This document shows positions 12,505 through 22,470 of a DNA stretch of 63,263 nucleotides, in pieces. Within the stretch, counting starts at the first letter, position 1, and each line of letters starts with the position of its first letter. The stretch lies in assembly GCA_019242155.1 (NCBI GenBank), contig JAFAWA010000038.1, forward strand, positions 1-63,263, written 5' to 3'. The translations under genes and the position numbers were made by a program. The DNA is from Terriglobia bacterium. Lineage in GTDB: Bacteria > Acidobacteriota > Terriglobia > Bryobacterales > Bryobacteraceae. Under the pieces are notes generated by a model that did not search any database, was not told where the DNA came from, and saw only the letters and a list, made by a program, of their open reading frames with translations.

Positions 12505-14550
12505 CTACTTCAAAATTTGAAACAGGTTGGAGTAGTCATCGGTCCAAAGCCGGATCTTGCGCGCGGTAGCGATGTCGGAGGAGTGGCCCTGGATGGCTGG
12601 GCTGAACGGACTTTGGGGTGAGCGGATCAGGACCCAGGTGGTGCCGAACAGGTCCTGAGTATCATCGTCTTCCGTCTCGATTATCCGCCCGATCTTTCCT
12701 GTCACGGCGGCCTCGCCCGCGAGCACCGGCTTGAGGTCGAGGTAACGATTTGAAATGTGCACCGCTAAGAATCCATCCGGCTTCAGATGCCGAAAGTAGA
12801 GCTGCATCGCCTCGCGTGTAAGCAGGTGGACTGGGATCGCATCACTCGAAAATGCGTCTACCACCAGCACGTCGAAATTCTCGGGCTGCTCACGCTCGAG
12901 CGACAGCCGGGCGTCTCCCATAGCGATATCGACCTTCGCTTTCGAATCCGGTACGTAGTAAAACTGCGTGCGCGTAATGATGGGAACCAGCGGATTGATT
13001 TCGTAAAAGCGGACGTAATCGCCGGCCCTGCCAAAAGCGGCCATCGTCCCGGTGCCCAGACCGATCACTCCCAGCCGGATCGGGCCTTTGCTCTGGCGGT
13101 CGTGCACGGCGAGCGCGACTCCCGTATCGCCGCCGTAGTAGGTGATCGGAAGGTCCCTTTTGGCGAGGCTGAGGTACTCTTCGCCGTGATTGATCGTGCC
13201 GTGAATTAAGGTTCGTATCGTGCCCTGTGTCGTCTGCGCGCCGGAATCCTTCACCCGCAGACCGCCATAGAAATTCCGGACCATCAGCCTGGCGCCCCGG
13301 TCGGTTTCGCGAAGCTGCATTCCCAGGTACACCGCGAGTGCGATGGCTAGTGCGGCAGCCACCAGCGGCGCGGGCTGGCGCCAGTGGCGGAACCATCTCG
13401 CCTGCGCATCCTGCTTCAGCGCCACGATTACCATGAAGGCCGTTGCCACGAGCCCGAGCGGCAGCTCATAGAAGCCGTTGAACACATGCGGCGCGACCAG
13501 CCCCACCAGCAGACCGCCCATGGCTCCACCTACGGAAACCATTAAATAAAACTGCGTCAGATACCGTGGATGGGGCTTCATCGCGGCCAGTTCCCCGTGG
13601 CAAACCATGCAACTCGTAAAGAGGCCCAGGCTGAAAAGAACGACCAGAATCTTGATGCTGACGTTGCCTTCCAGGTCGCCCCCCATCGCATAAGCCATCG
13701 AGCCCAAGGCGACTGCCAGCAACTGAAGATAAGGATTGCGGCGGTACCACCCGCTGCCCTCAAAGCAGAGAATGAACGTGAGCAGGTAGACGCTCAAGGG
13801 CAGAACCCACAGAAACGGGATGGCCGCAATGTTCTGCGACATGTGGTTCGTGACGGCCAGCAGCAACGTTGACGCGCAGGCGGCCAGGCCCATCCACGTC
13901 AAATATTGCGAGGCGGGGGGCCTTTCGGCTCTTTCGACTTCCTGAGGCGTTTCCAGGATGAAAGAAGTAGTCGACCGCCACGCGGTGAAGGCGCACAACG
14001 CGATAAAGCAGCCGTAGGCGATCGACCACATGGTGGCCTGCTGCCGTGTAGTGAATACGGGCTCGAAAAGAAACGGGTAGCTGATGAGGGCGAACATCGA
14101 ACCGGCGTTCGAAATCGCAAAGAGCCTATAGGGCACCGCGCCTTTGTGGCTGCGCGCATACCAGGCCTGCAGCAGAGGGCCGGTGGTGGATAGGAGAAAG
14201 TAGGGAAGGCCGACTGTGAGCGCCAGAAGCCCCAGGATGCCCCAGATGGGATCGCCGCCTCCCGCCGGCTTCCATTCCGGCTTGGGCAGGATGGGCAGCG
14301 CCGCGAGGCTGAGCAGCAGCAGCCCGATGTGTACTACCGCCTGTACGCGGGGCCGCAGGTGCCTTATGACGGTGTGCGAATAAAGGTAACCGAGCACCAG
14401 CACGGTTTGGAAAAAAAGCATGCACGTGGTCCACACCGCGGCTGAACCGCCGAACCAAGGCAAAATGATTTTGGCGATCACCGGCTGCACCTGGAACAGC
14501 AGAAAAGCGCTCACCAGGATCGTCAGAGCGTAAATAACCATAGTCCTCAC
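12505..14550 (-). CDS. Fused polytopic membrane domain / spermidine synthase-like (class I methyltransferase fold) protein
   Basis: 681 aa. Roughly 400 aa of hydrophobic helices are followed by VIGLGTGTMAAFGRAGDYVRFYEINPLV...FDVLVVDAFSSDAIPVHLLTREAMQLYFRHLKPDGFLAVHISN, the aminopropyltransferase-like fold. Confidence 0.75.
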   Translation of the reverse strand: MRTMVIYALTILVSAFLLFQVQPVIAKIILPWFGGSAAVWTTCMLFFQTVLVLGYLYSHTVIRHLRPRVQAVVHIGLLLLSLAALPILPKPEWKPAGGGDPIWGILGLLALTVGLPYFLLSTTGPLLQAWYARSHKGAVPYRLFAISNAGSMFALISYPFLFEPVFTTRQQATMWSIAYGCFIALCAFTAWRSTTSFILETPQEVERAERPPASQYLTWMGLAACASTLLLAVTNHMSQNIAAIPFLWVLPLSVYLLTFILCFEGSGWYRRNPYLQLLAVALGSMAYAMGGDLEGNVSIKILVVLFSLGLFTSCMVCHGELAAMKPHPRYLTQFYLMVSVGGAMGGLLVGLVAPHVFNGFYELPLGLVATAFMVIVALKQDAQARWFRHWRQPAPLVAAALAIALAVYLGMQLRETDRGARLMVRNFYGGLRVKDSGAQTTQGTIRTLIHGTINHGEEYLSLAKRDLPITYYGGDTGVALAVHDRQSKGPIRLGVIGLGTGTMAAFGRAGDYVRFYEINPLVPIITRTQFYYVPDSKAKVDIAMGDARLSLEREQPENFDVLVVDAFSSDAIPVHLLTREAMQLYFRHLKPDGFLAVHISNRYLDLKPVLAGEAAVTGKIGRIIETEDDDTQDLFGTTWVLIRSPQSPFSPAIQGHSSDIATARKIRLWTDDYSNLFQILK

Positions 14551-14570
14551 CGGCCCCCGGGCCCGAAACT

Positions 14571-15737
14571 CTACTTATAAGCGGCGACTCCCGTCACCTT
14601 CTCGCCGATTACCAGCGCGTGGATGTGATCCGTACCTTCGTAGGTCTTGACGGTTTCGAGGTTACAAAGGTGACGCATGATGGGGAATTCGTCCGTAATT
14701 CCGTTCGCGCCCAGCAGGTCGCGGCTAAGGCGAGCGCAATCGAGAGCCACGGCAACATTATTTCGCTTGAGCATGGAAACGTGCGCGGGCTCGAGTTTTC
14801 CGCCGTCCTTGAGACGCCCGGCATGGAGCGCCAGCAGCTGGGCCTTCGTAATCTCCGTAATCATCCAGGCCAATTTTTCCTGCACCAACTGGTGCGAAGC
14901 GATCGGCCGGTCGTCGAACTGTTTGCGGAGCACGGAATAGGAACGGGCCGTCTCATAGCAATCCATGGCAGCGCCCAGCACACCCCAGCCGATCCCATAC
15001 CGCGCCTGCGAAAGACAACTCAAAGGCGCTTTCAGGCCCTGGGCTCCGGGCAGCATATCACTTTCCCGAACCCTGCAATCGGCTAATGAGAGGCTCGATG
15101 TCACCGATGCCCGCATCGACCACTTGCCGTGAATGTCCGAGGCCGTAAAACCGGGTGTGCCGCGCTCGACCAGAAATCCGCGGATGCCGTCCGGAGTTCT
15201 TGCCCAGACCACCGCCACGTCCGCGAGCGTGCCATTGGTGATCCAGGTCTTCTCGCCGTTAAGAACCCAGCAGGCGCCTTCTCTCTTTGCCGTCGTGCGC
15301 ATAGCGGCGGGGTTTGATCCGAAATCCGGCTCGGTCAATCCAAAACATCCGACCGCATCGCCGCTTTGGAGCTTCGGCAGCCATTGCTCTTTCTGCTCCT
15401 CTGATCCGAAGCTATAGATCGGATACATCACGAGCGCGCCTTGAACCGAAACGAAGCTACGTAACCCGGAGTCGCCGCGTTCCAACTCTTGCATTACAAG
15501 CCCGTACTCGACGTTGCTCATTCCCGCGCATCCGTACCCTTCCAGATTGGCGCCGAGGAAACCCAGGGCCGCCATTTCCGGAATCAGTTCCTGTGGGAAG
15601 CGAGCCTCGCGGTAGCAATCGCGGATGAGGGGCAGCACGCGCTCGTCGGCAAAGCGCCGGGCCGTTTGGCGGACGAGAAGCTCCTCCTCGCGGAACAGTG
15701 AATCCACCGCGAAATAATCCACGCCCCGAAAAGCCAT
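14571..15737 (-). CDS. gcdH: Glutaryl-CoA dehydrogenase-like acyl-CoA dehydrogenase
   Basis: 388 aa. It is collinear with GcdH as I recall it: GCFGLTEPDFGSNP, WITNGTLADVAVVWA, ARYGIGWGVLGAA, LETVKTYEGTDHIHALVIGEKVTGVAAYK. Confidence 0.8.
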   Translation of the reverse strand: MAFRGVDYFAVDSLFREEELLVRQTARRFADERVLPLIRDCYREARFPQELIPEMAALGFLGANLEGYGCAGMSNVEYGLVMQELERGDSGLRSFVSVQGALVMYPIYSFGSEEQKEQWLPKLQSGDAVGCFGLTEPDFGSNPAAMRTTAKREGACWVLNGEKTWITNGTLADVAVVWARTPDGIRGFLVERGTPGFTASDIHGKWSMRASVTSSLSLADCRVRESDMLPGAQGLKAPLSCLSQARYGIGWGVLGAAMDCYETARSYSVLRKQFDDRPIASHQLVQEKLAWMITEITKAQLLALHAGRLKDGGKLEPAHVSMLKRNNVAVALDCARLSRDLLGANGITDEFPIMRHLCNLETVKTYEGTDHIHALVIGEKVTGVAAYK

Positions 15738-15891
15738 TTTGAATATTCTCCTATTTGACCACGAGCGAGGCGGGGGCGATTCCGCATGACGATGGCTGCA
15801 CTTAACGGCGAGCTAAACCAATAGCGCGCAGGATCGCCGCTGGCACTTGCCCTCGGTTCGTGATATACCTACGTAACACGATCCCAAGGAG

Positions 15892-17700
15892 TTGAACATG
15901 CTTCGAAGAGTCGTGCCCTTTGTTCTTCTGCTGGCCGCCGCCGGGTTGGCCGAGACCGGCCGGCCGTCCGCCTGGCAGAACGATCTTACTCCGATTACTG
16001 CCGCAGATTGGAACTCCGAGTTCGCCGCACATCTGCTTGAACGCGCCGGTTTCGGCGGAACGCCGGAAGAGATCTCGGTTCTGGCAAAGATGACGCCCGC
16101 GCAAGCGATCGCGCGTATCGTGCGGTACCAGGGGACCGACGCGAGCGGGTTGCAGCCCTTCGAGCACTCTGGGATTCACGACCCCGGCCTAGAGCCTTTT
16201 CCCCCAAGCCGTCCCGCGGTTACGGATCAGGCTAAGGCTACCGGCGAGGCGCTCGGCATCAAGGTTAAGCCCGAAGGCAATCGCCGCCTGCAGCCGATTG
16301 TCGACAAGTTCTTCTACTGGCTCCGGGCGAGTGTGCTCGAGACCAACCGCGTGGCCTACTGGTGGGCGAATCGCATGCTGACGAGTCCGCGGCCGCTTCA
16401 GGAAAAGATGGCTCTCTTCTGGCACGGGCACTTCGCGGTGAATGAAGCAAAGGTGCGCGATTACCGCAAGCTGCTCGGCATGCTGGACCTCTTCCAAAAA
16501 CAGGGCACCGGGAATTTTCGCGAGCTGATGATCGCGGTGGCGAAAGACCCGGCAATGCTCTCTTTTCTGGACGCCGGCGTCAATGTGAAGGGCGCAGCCA
16601 ATGAGAATTTTGCCCGCGAAATCATGGAGCTGTTCACTATGGGCGTGGGCAACTACACCGAGAAGGACATCCGCGAGGCGGCGCGGGCGTTTACCGGCTG
16701 GAATTTCGTAGATCTGAAATTTGTGGTCAATCAGGACCAGCACGATGACGGGGAAAAGACTTTTCTCGGCAAGGCAGGCCGCTTCGACGGTGTGGACGTC
16801 GTCAACATCATCGTAGACCAGCCGGTTACCGCCGAGTTCATTGCGGGTAAGATCTACCGGTTCTTTGTCCGCGAGGATCTCTCACCTGAGCTTCGCAAGA
16901 AATTGGGTGCGGTCCTCCGTCAATCCAACTATGAGATAGCACCGCTGCTCGAAACTATCTTTTTGTCGCGTGATTTTTATTGCCCGGAGTCGGTCGGAAC
17001 GCAGATCAAAAGTCCTGTGGAGCTTGCCGTTTCTACGTACCACAAGATGGGACTGACGAGCGTGCCGGGAGTGCCGGACTTCAACTCCGTCACAGGCGCG
17101 CTGGGCCAGCAGCTTTTTTCGCCGCCGACGGTGGCGGGTTGGGCCGGAGGCCGCAGTTGGATTACCCCTGGCCTGCTGCTCGAGCGCGGGAACTTCGGGC
17201 GCGACGTGCTATTCCCTGACATCAATTTTCTTCCGCCCGACCGGTACACCCGAAACGGAGAGATTCGCAGCGTTGCCGATCGCCTTCGGGAGGGTTTGGA
17301 CATCACCGCCGCGACCAAGCCAGACAGCAAGAGCGGTGTAATGGCTGAATCCAACATGTTGGCCGACCGCGACGAGGACTTCAATACGCGCTACGGAAGC
17401 TTCCGCGGGTGGCAGATGGCAATTGAACGAGTGAAGGCGATTCCGCGGGACACGGCCCATCTCGACCTTTCGAATATGGTTGTCCGAGCCGACCTTAGAG
17501 ACACCACCCAGGTGATTGACTATCTGGTTCATCGCTTCATGCGCGTTGCCCCGGGGGACGACGCGAGGCAGAAGATGATTGCGTTCCTGAACAAGGAACT
17601 GGGCACCTCGGACATTTCGAGAGCACAGACCTACATGGAAGACTCGCTGCGGCTGGTTCTCCATCTGATTATGAGCCAGCCCGAGTATCAACTCGGCTAG
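15892..17700 (+). CDS. DUF1800 domain-containing protein (secreted)
   Basis: 602 aa with a signal peptide (MNMLRRVVPFVLLLAAAGLA). DUF1800-type motifs LFWHGHFAV and ELFTMGVGNYTEKDIREAARAFTGW are present. It is followed after 12 nt by a DUF1501 gene, the usual pairing. Confidence 0.8.
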   Translation: MNMLRRVVPFVLLLAAAGLAETGRPSAWQNDLTPITAADWNSEFAAHLLERAGFGGTPEEISVLAKMTPAQAIARIVRYQGTDASGLQPFEHSGIHDPGLEPFPPSRPAVTDQAKATGEALGIKVKPEGNRRLQPIVDKFFYWLRASVLETNRVAYWWANRMLTSPRPLQEKMALFWHGHFAVNEAKVRDYRKLLGMLDLFQKQGTGNFRELMIAVAKDPAMLSFLDAGVNVKGAANENFAREIMELFTMGVGNYTEKDIREAARAFTGWNFVDLKFVVNQDQHDDGEKTFLGKAGRFDGVDVVNIIVDQPVTAEFIAGKIYRFFVREDLSPELRKKLGAVLRQSNYEIAPLLETIFLSRDFYCPESVGTQIKSPVELAVSTYHKMGLTSVPGVPDFNSVTGALGQQLFSPPTVAGWAGGRSWITPGLLLERGNFGRDVLFPDINFLPPDRYTRNGEIRSVADRLREGLDITAATKPDSKSGVMAESNMLADRDEDFNTRYGSFRGWQMAIERVKAIPRDTAHLDLSNMVVRADLRDTTQVIDYLVHRFMRVAPGDDARQKMIAFLNKELGTSDISRAQTYMEDSLRLVLHLIMSQPEYQLG

Positions 17701-17712
17701 AGGGGGAGAAGC

Positions 17713-18954
17713 ATGAAGAGACATCCTTCGCTCAGCAAAGTTAACCGGCGGGAGGTGTTGCGAGCCGGTTTGTCAGGAATCAGCGTGGTTGGAGGCACTG
17801 CCCTCCGATTGGGAGTGTTCGGGCGCGCGGCCGAAGCGCTTGCCGCGGACGCAGAATCGAACGGCAAGATCCTCGTCGTGCTGGAACTTTCCGGAGGCAA
17901 CGACGGGTTGAATACGCTCGTGCCGTACGGCGACGATGCCTATTACAAACGCCGGCCCAATATCGGCATTCCGAAAAAAGGACTCCGGACCATTGACGAC
18001 CACTTCGGCTTCAGCCGCGGCATGGTCGGCATGGAGCGGTTATATAAGGATGGCAGGCTGGGGATCATACACGGCTGCGGGTATGAGAATCCCTCGTTTT
18101 CACATTTCACCTCCATGGCATACTGGCAGACCGCGGCACCGAACAGCGGCGAACAGTACGGGTGGGTGGGCCGCCTGGCGGATGCGATGGCTCCGCAAGC
18201 GCCGCCGAACTACCTGGTGAACGTCGGCGCAAACCAGTCTTTGGCTGTTCGCAGCCGGCGCCATGTTCCGGTAGTTTTTGATGATCCCAACAAGTTTTCC
18301 CGGGAATCCTTCGCAGAGGAGCGCGACGTGCTTGCGTCTGCCGGCGCAAGCACTCAGGTAGAGAATCCTTCGCGCCGATTTCTTCTGGACATCGCGCAAA
18401 GCGCCAAGAGCGCGTCCACCTTGGTTCAGGAGGCCTGGGCCAAGTACCGTTCTCCGGTGGATTACGGCGTAGTTGGACTGGACTTGCCGAAGGTCGCCGC
18501 ACTCATCGAAGCCGGCTTCCCCACCCGGCTTTATTACACTTCCTACCGCAACAACGCTTTTGACACGCACGTTTTCCAAAACGACGTGCACCAGCGGCTC
18601 CTGACCTATGCTTCCGATGCGGTGTCCGCGTTTCTGGTGGACTTGAAGCGAATCGGCCGCGCCGACGATGTCGCGGTGATGGTGTTCTCCGAATTTGGCC
18701 GGCGCGTACCCGAAAACGTCAGCCTGGGGACCGACCACGGCGCTGCGAATCTGATGTTCGTCGCCGGGAATAAAGTGAAGGGCGGCCAATACGGCCAAAT
18801 CCCGAGTCTTACAAAGCTGGACGAGGGCGATAATCTGATCCACACCACCGATTTCCGTCGTGTGTACGCGACCATGATCTCGGGATGGCTAGGTTATAGA
18901 GATACGCGGATGTTACTCAACGGCGAGTTCGAGCCGTTTTCTATGTTTGCGTAG
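17713..18954 (+). CDS. DUF1501 domain-containing protein (Tat-exported, sulfatase/alkaline-phosphatase-like fold)
   Basis: 413 aa with a Tat-like N-terminus (NRREVLRAGLSGISVVGG). Motifs GGNDGLNTLVPYGDD, AFDTH and LGTDHGAANLMFVAGNKVKGG are typical of DUF1501. Confidence 0.82.
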   Translation: MKRHPSLSKVNRREVLRAGLSGISVVGGTALRLGVFGRAAEALAADAESNGKILVVLELSGGNDGLNTLVPYGDDAYYKRRPNIGIPKKGLRTIDDHFGFSRGMVGMERLYKDGRLGIIHGCGYENPSFSHFTSMAYWQTAAPNSGEQYGWVGRLADAMAPQAPPNYLVNVGANQSLAVRSRRHVPVVFDDPNKFSRESFAEERDVLASAGASTQVENPSRRFLLDIAQSAKSASTLVQEAWAKYRSPVDYGVVGLDLPKVAALIEAGFPTRLYYTSYRNNAFDTHVFQNDVHQRLLTYASDAVSAFLVDLKRIGRADDVAVMVFSEFGRRVPENVSLGTDHGAANLMFVAGNKVKGGQYGQIPSLTKLDEGDNLIHTTDFRRVYATMISGWLGYRDTRMLLNGEFEPFSMFA

Positions 18955-20446
18955 TCTCAGTTGCCGTACGGTCGTACATTTCCGCCATGGCGCGCAGGCG
19001 TTGGGCGAGATCTACAGTCAGCGCACCCTGCGGACAGCGCCATCGCCAGTTTCCGCCCGCCGTCGCCGGTGTATTCATACGCGCTTCGCTGCCCAGCCCT
19101 AGAATGTCCTGCAACGGCATGAGGACAAGATCGGCAACCGACATCATCAACATCCGAATCATCGCCCAGTTGATGTCGCAACCTTCGGTGGCCAGGTACG
19201 CCCGTGCGCGAGCTTTTTCGTCCTGAATATCTTTCGGTGTCCGCGTGCTGTCTCCGCCCTCACTGCGCCACCAACCGAGTACCGTGTCGTTGTCGTGGGT
19301 GCCGGTGTATGCGGCGAGATTACGAATGTAGTTGTGCGGCTTGAAAGTGCCTGCCTGCGGGTCGCTTCCAAAGGCGAACTGCAGAATGGCCATGCCCGGG
19401 AAGTCGAACTCATCCCGGAGCGCTTCCACTTCGGGCGTGATCACTCCCAGGTTTTCCGCGATAATCGGCAGCTGCCCCAGTTCCGCCCGAAGCAGACGGA
19501 AAAACGGCGCTCCCGGACCTTTCACCCACCGGCCATGCACCGCGGTCTTCTCTCCCGCAGGCACCTCCCAGTAGGCCTCGAAGCCGCGAAAGTGATCCAA
19601 ACGCAGGAGTGAAAACTGCGTGAGCGCTGCGCGGAATCGATCGAGCCACCATGTGAAGCCGTGGGCTGCCATCCGGTCCCAATCGTAAATGGGGTTGCCC
19701 CACAATTGACCCGTGGCACTAAAGTAGTCGGGCGGCACTCCGGATACGACATCGTCGCGAAATAGATCGCGATGCGCCCATACGTCAGCACTATCGCGAG
19801 CGATGTAGATGGGTAGATCGCCCATAAGCCGGATGCCGAGCGTGCGGCAATGCGTCTTGAGGGAGTTCCACTGACGAAAGAATTCGAATTGCAGGAACGT
19901 GTGGTAGGCGATGTCTTCGTCCCGTGGTTTCGCGGAACGCCAGTCCCACCAGGGCGCGTTTCCCTGGCTCTCTTTGAGCGCCATGAACGTGGCGTAGTGG
20001 TCGAGCCAGGGGTGGTCCGCTCGCAAGAAGTTGGAATACTCGACCAGGTAATCGTCTTCGGCGGCATTCTTCGCGCTGCTGCGTTTCTGAAACCGTTCGA
20101 AGGCGCGCCGCAGCAGCTTCGTTTTCCAGGGAATCACCCGTTCGAATTCGACGCGGCGTTCGTCGAACAAGGGCGCCCCGCAGATCTCATCTTTTAGCAG
20201 GAGTCCTTGTTCCGCGAGCGAATCCAGGCTGAGGAGCATGGGATTGCCGGCAAATGCCGAAAGGAGCTGGTAAGGACTCTCGCCGTAGCCGACCGGTCCT
20301 ACAGGCAGAACCTGCCAAACGTGTTGGCCCGCGGCCGCGAGCCAGTCGGCGAAGCGAAATGCTTCCGGACCTAGATCGCCGATCCCATAGCTACCCGGGA
20401 GTGAGGTGACGTGTAAAAGAACGCCGCTGGTTCGTCCGCAGTCCAC
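18941..20446 (-). CDS. malQ: 4-alpha-glucanotransferase (amylomaltase)
   Basis: 501 aa. SGVLLHVTSLPGSYGIGDLG, LMGDLPIYIARDSADVW, LLRLDHFRGF and GTHDNDT are GH77 hallmarks. Its 3' end overlaps the convergent DUF1501 gene by 14 nt. Confidence 0.93.
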   Translation of the reverse strand: MDCGRTSGVLLHVTSLPGSYGIGDLGPEAFRFADWLAAAGQHVWQVLPVGPVGYGESPYQLLSAFAGNPMLLSLDSLAEQGLLLKDEICGAPLFDERRVEFERVIPWKTKLLRRAFERFQKRSSAKNAAEDDYLVEYSNFLRADHPWLDHYATFMALKESQGNAPWWDWRSAKPRDEDIAYHTFLQFEFFRQWNSLKTHCRTLGIRLMGDLPIYIARDSADVWAHRDLFRDDVVSGVPPDYFSATGQLWGNPIYDWDRMAAHGFTWWLDRFRAALTQFSLLRLDHFRGFEAYWEVPAGEKTAVHGRWVKGPGAPFFRLLRAELGQLPIIAENLGVITPEVEALRDEFDFPGMAILQFAFGSDPQAGTFKPHNYIRNLAAYTGTHDNDTVLGWWRSEGGDSTRTPKDIQDEKARARAYLATEGCDINWAMIRMLMMSVADLVLMPLQDILGLGSEARMNTPATAGGNWRWRCPQGALTVDLAQRLRAMAEMYDRTATETTQT

Positions 20447-20499
20447 TTCTCAATTTTGTGAGAATTCGTTTGGCGAACGCACTATATCACTTCCGGAAT

Positions 20500-22470
20500 A
20501 TGCGTGCAGTAGTACTGTTCTTAGCGATTCGTGTGGCGTTCGGCCAGGTGCCGGATCCTGCGTACGAACCACTGGCTCGCGCTTACGAAGCCTTGCGGAC
20601 GCACGATTATGACAATGCGATTGCGTATTTCACCAAAGGCGCAGAGCTTGCACCCGGGCGCGCCTCAGTGCATAAAGATTTAGGGTATACCTACCTGAAA
20701 ATCGGAGAAAACGAGCAGGCCCGCGATCAGTTCGGGGAGGCCATGCGGCTCGAACCGGAAGATGTGCAGGTGGCGATGGAGTACGCCTTCCTTTGCTACG
20801 AAACGAAAGAACAGGCGCAGGCCCGGCGCATCTTCGACCGTATACGAAAGACGGGCAACGAAGTCGCCGAGCGCGCCTTTCACAACATCGATGATCCGCT
20901 CGCGGCCGGTATTGCACGCTGGCAGGAGGCGATCGCGAAAGGCGGCGATAATTTCAGCGCGCATTACGAGCTGGCGACGTTGGCTGAACAGCGTGACGAG
21001 CTGGAGCTTGCCGCCGAACATTACGAGAAGGCATGGCGCATTTTGCCGGACCGCCGCTCGGTGCTGGTGGACCTGGGCCGCGTGTGGAAAGCGCTGAATC
21101 GAGTGGATCGGGCCAATATCGCGCTGCTGGCCGCTTCCCGCGGAGGCGAGCCGCGCGCGGCCGAAATGGCTCGTGAGCTGTTGCCCGACCGGTATCCGTA
21201 TGTGTCGGAGTTTCGAGGAGCGCTGGAACTGGATCCAGGAAATATTGAGCTGCGGCGCGAATTGGCCTACCTGTTTCTACGCATGGAGCACCAGGCCGAC
21301 GCGGAGCAGGAATTCACGGTGATCACCAAGTCTTCGCCGGAGGACCTGCTGTCAGCTACGCAGCTCGGATTCTTGCTGCTGGCGCGAGGTGACGCAAGTG
21401 GCGCCATGCCTCTGTTCGAGCGCGTGCTCGCCGGTCCGGACGAGGACCTGGCGAATCGCGTTCGGGCGGTGCTGCGAATGCCGCAGGTTTTGAAGTCGCG
21501 TCCGGAGAACCCGAAACCGGTGTCGATCGATGCGAAGGTGATGGCTCAGCGAAGCATGAAGGCCGGCTATATGAAGGATGCGCTCAAGTATCTGCAGATC
21601 GCGCATGAGATCGAGCCGGCGGATTTCGACGTAATGCTCCAGATGGGTTGGGCGTACAACATGCTGCACCAGGACGGGGAAGCGGTGCGCTGGTTCGATT
21701 TGGCGCGCCACAGTACGGACGAGAAGATCGCCGGCGAAGCAGGAAAGGCGTGGAAAAATCTCAGGTCCTCTTTGACCCGCTTCGAGACGACGGCCTGGGT
21801 CTACCCGATCTTCTCAACGCGCTGGCACGATGTGTTCGCATATGGCCAAGTCAAGACTGCGTATAAAGCGGGCCGGCGGCTGCGGCCCTACGTGAGTATG
21901 CGGTTCATCGGAGACACGAGAGTGACCATGGGCGGCGTGTCCCCTGAGTACCTTTCCGAAAGTTCGGTGATCGTGGGAGCGGGCATAGCCACCACGCCAT
22001 GGCACGGCGTGACGGGCTGGGCGGAAGCGGGGTCGGCTATGAGTTATGTGACGGGTCATATGCTTCCGGACTATCGGGGCGGTGTTTCGATTGCGCGCAA
22101 TTTTGGAAAGATCCTTGGGGCGGAGAGTCCCGGCCCGTTCGCGGCCTCGAACACAGATGGGGTATTCATCAGCCGCTTCGGAAACGACTTCCTCGTATAT
22201 GAACAGATCCGCATGGGGTACAGCATGGGGCCGCAGGTATTGCGGGCGCAGCTCTACACCAATTTCAACATCACCGTGGATGCGCGGCGGCAGGGGTGGG
22301 CGAACTTCGTAGAGATGGGTCCGGGAATTCGGTTGCACCCGTCATTCATGCCCCCGTCGATGTATTTGCTGGTCGATTCGATGCGTGGATCGTATCTAAT
22401 TCACGGCTCCATGCCGCAACCGCATTTTACGGACTTGAGAACGGGAATCTGGTATGCGTTTACTCGTTAG
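20500..22470 (+). CDS. TPR-repeat protein with C-terminal predicted beta-barrel-like domain
   Basis: The track ORF starts at 20458, but the signal-peptide-like MRAVVLFLAIRVAFGQ begins at ATG 20500. About 400 aa of TPR-like helices (AIAYFTKGAELAP..., LGYTYLKIGENEQA...) come first. About 230 aa of alternating-pattern sequence follow, ending GIWYAFTR. Confidence 0.6.
   Translation: MRAVVLFLAIRVAFGQVPDPAYEPLARAYEALRTHDYDNAIAYFTKGAELAPGRASVHKDLGYTYLKIGENEQARDQFGEAMRLEPEDVQVAMEYAFLCYETKEQAQARRIFDRIRKTGNEVAERAFHNIDDPLAAGIARWQEAIAKGGDNFSAHYELATLAEQRDELELAAEHYEKAWRILPDRRSVLVDLGRVWKALNRVDRANIALLAASRGGEPRAAEMARELLPDRYPYVSEFRGALELDPGNIELRRELAYLFLRMEHQADAEQEFTVITKSSPEDLLSATQLGFLLLARGDASGAMPLFERVLAGPDEDLANRVRAVLRMPQVLKSRPENPKPVSIDAKVMAQRSMKAGYMKDALKYLQIAHEIEPADFDVMLQMGWAYNMLHQDGEAVRWFDLARHSTDEKIAGEAGKAWKNLRSSLTRFETTAWVYPIFSTRWHDVFAYGQVKTAYKAGRRLRPYVSMRFIGDTRVTMGGVSPEYLSESSVIVGAGIATTPWHGVTGWAEAGSAMSYVTGHMLPDYRGGVSIARNFGKILGAESPGPFAASNTDGVFISRFGNDFLVYEQIRMGYSMGPQVLRAQLYTNFNITVDARRQGWANFVEMGPGIRLHPSFMPPSMYLLVDSMRGSYLIHGSMPQPHFTDLRTGIWYAFTR

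Noticed and set aside
18941-18954. Convergent 3'-end overlaps (DUF1501/malQ by 14 nt, and merR/parB by 8 nt at 24837-24844) as antisense regulation.
   Set aside because: Short convergent overlaps are common in compact high-GC genomes, and no additional structure supports a regulatory role.
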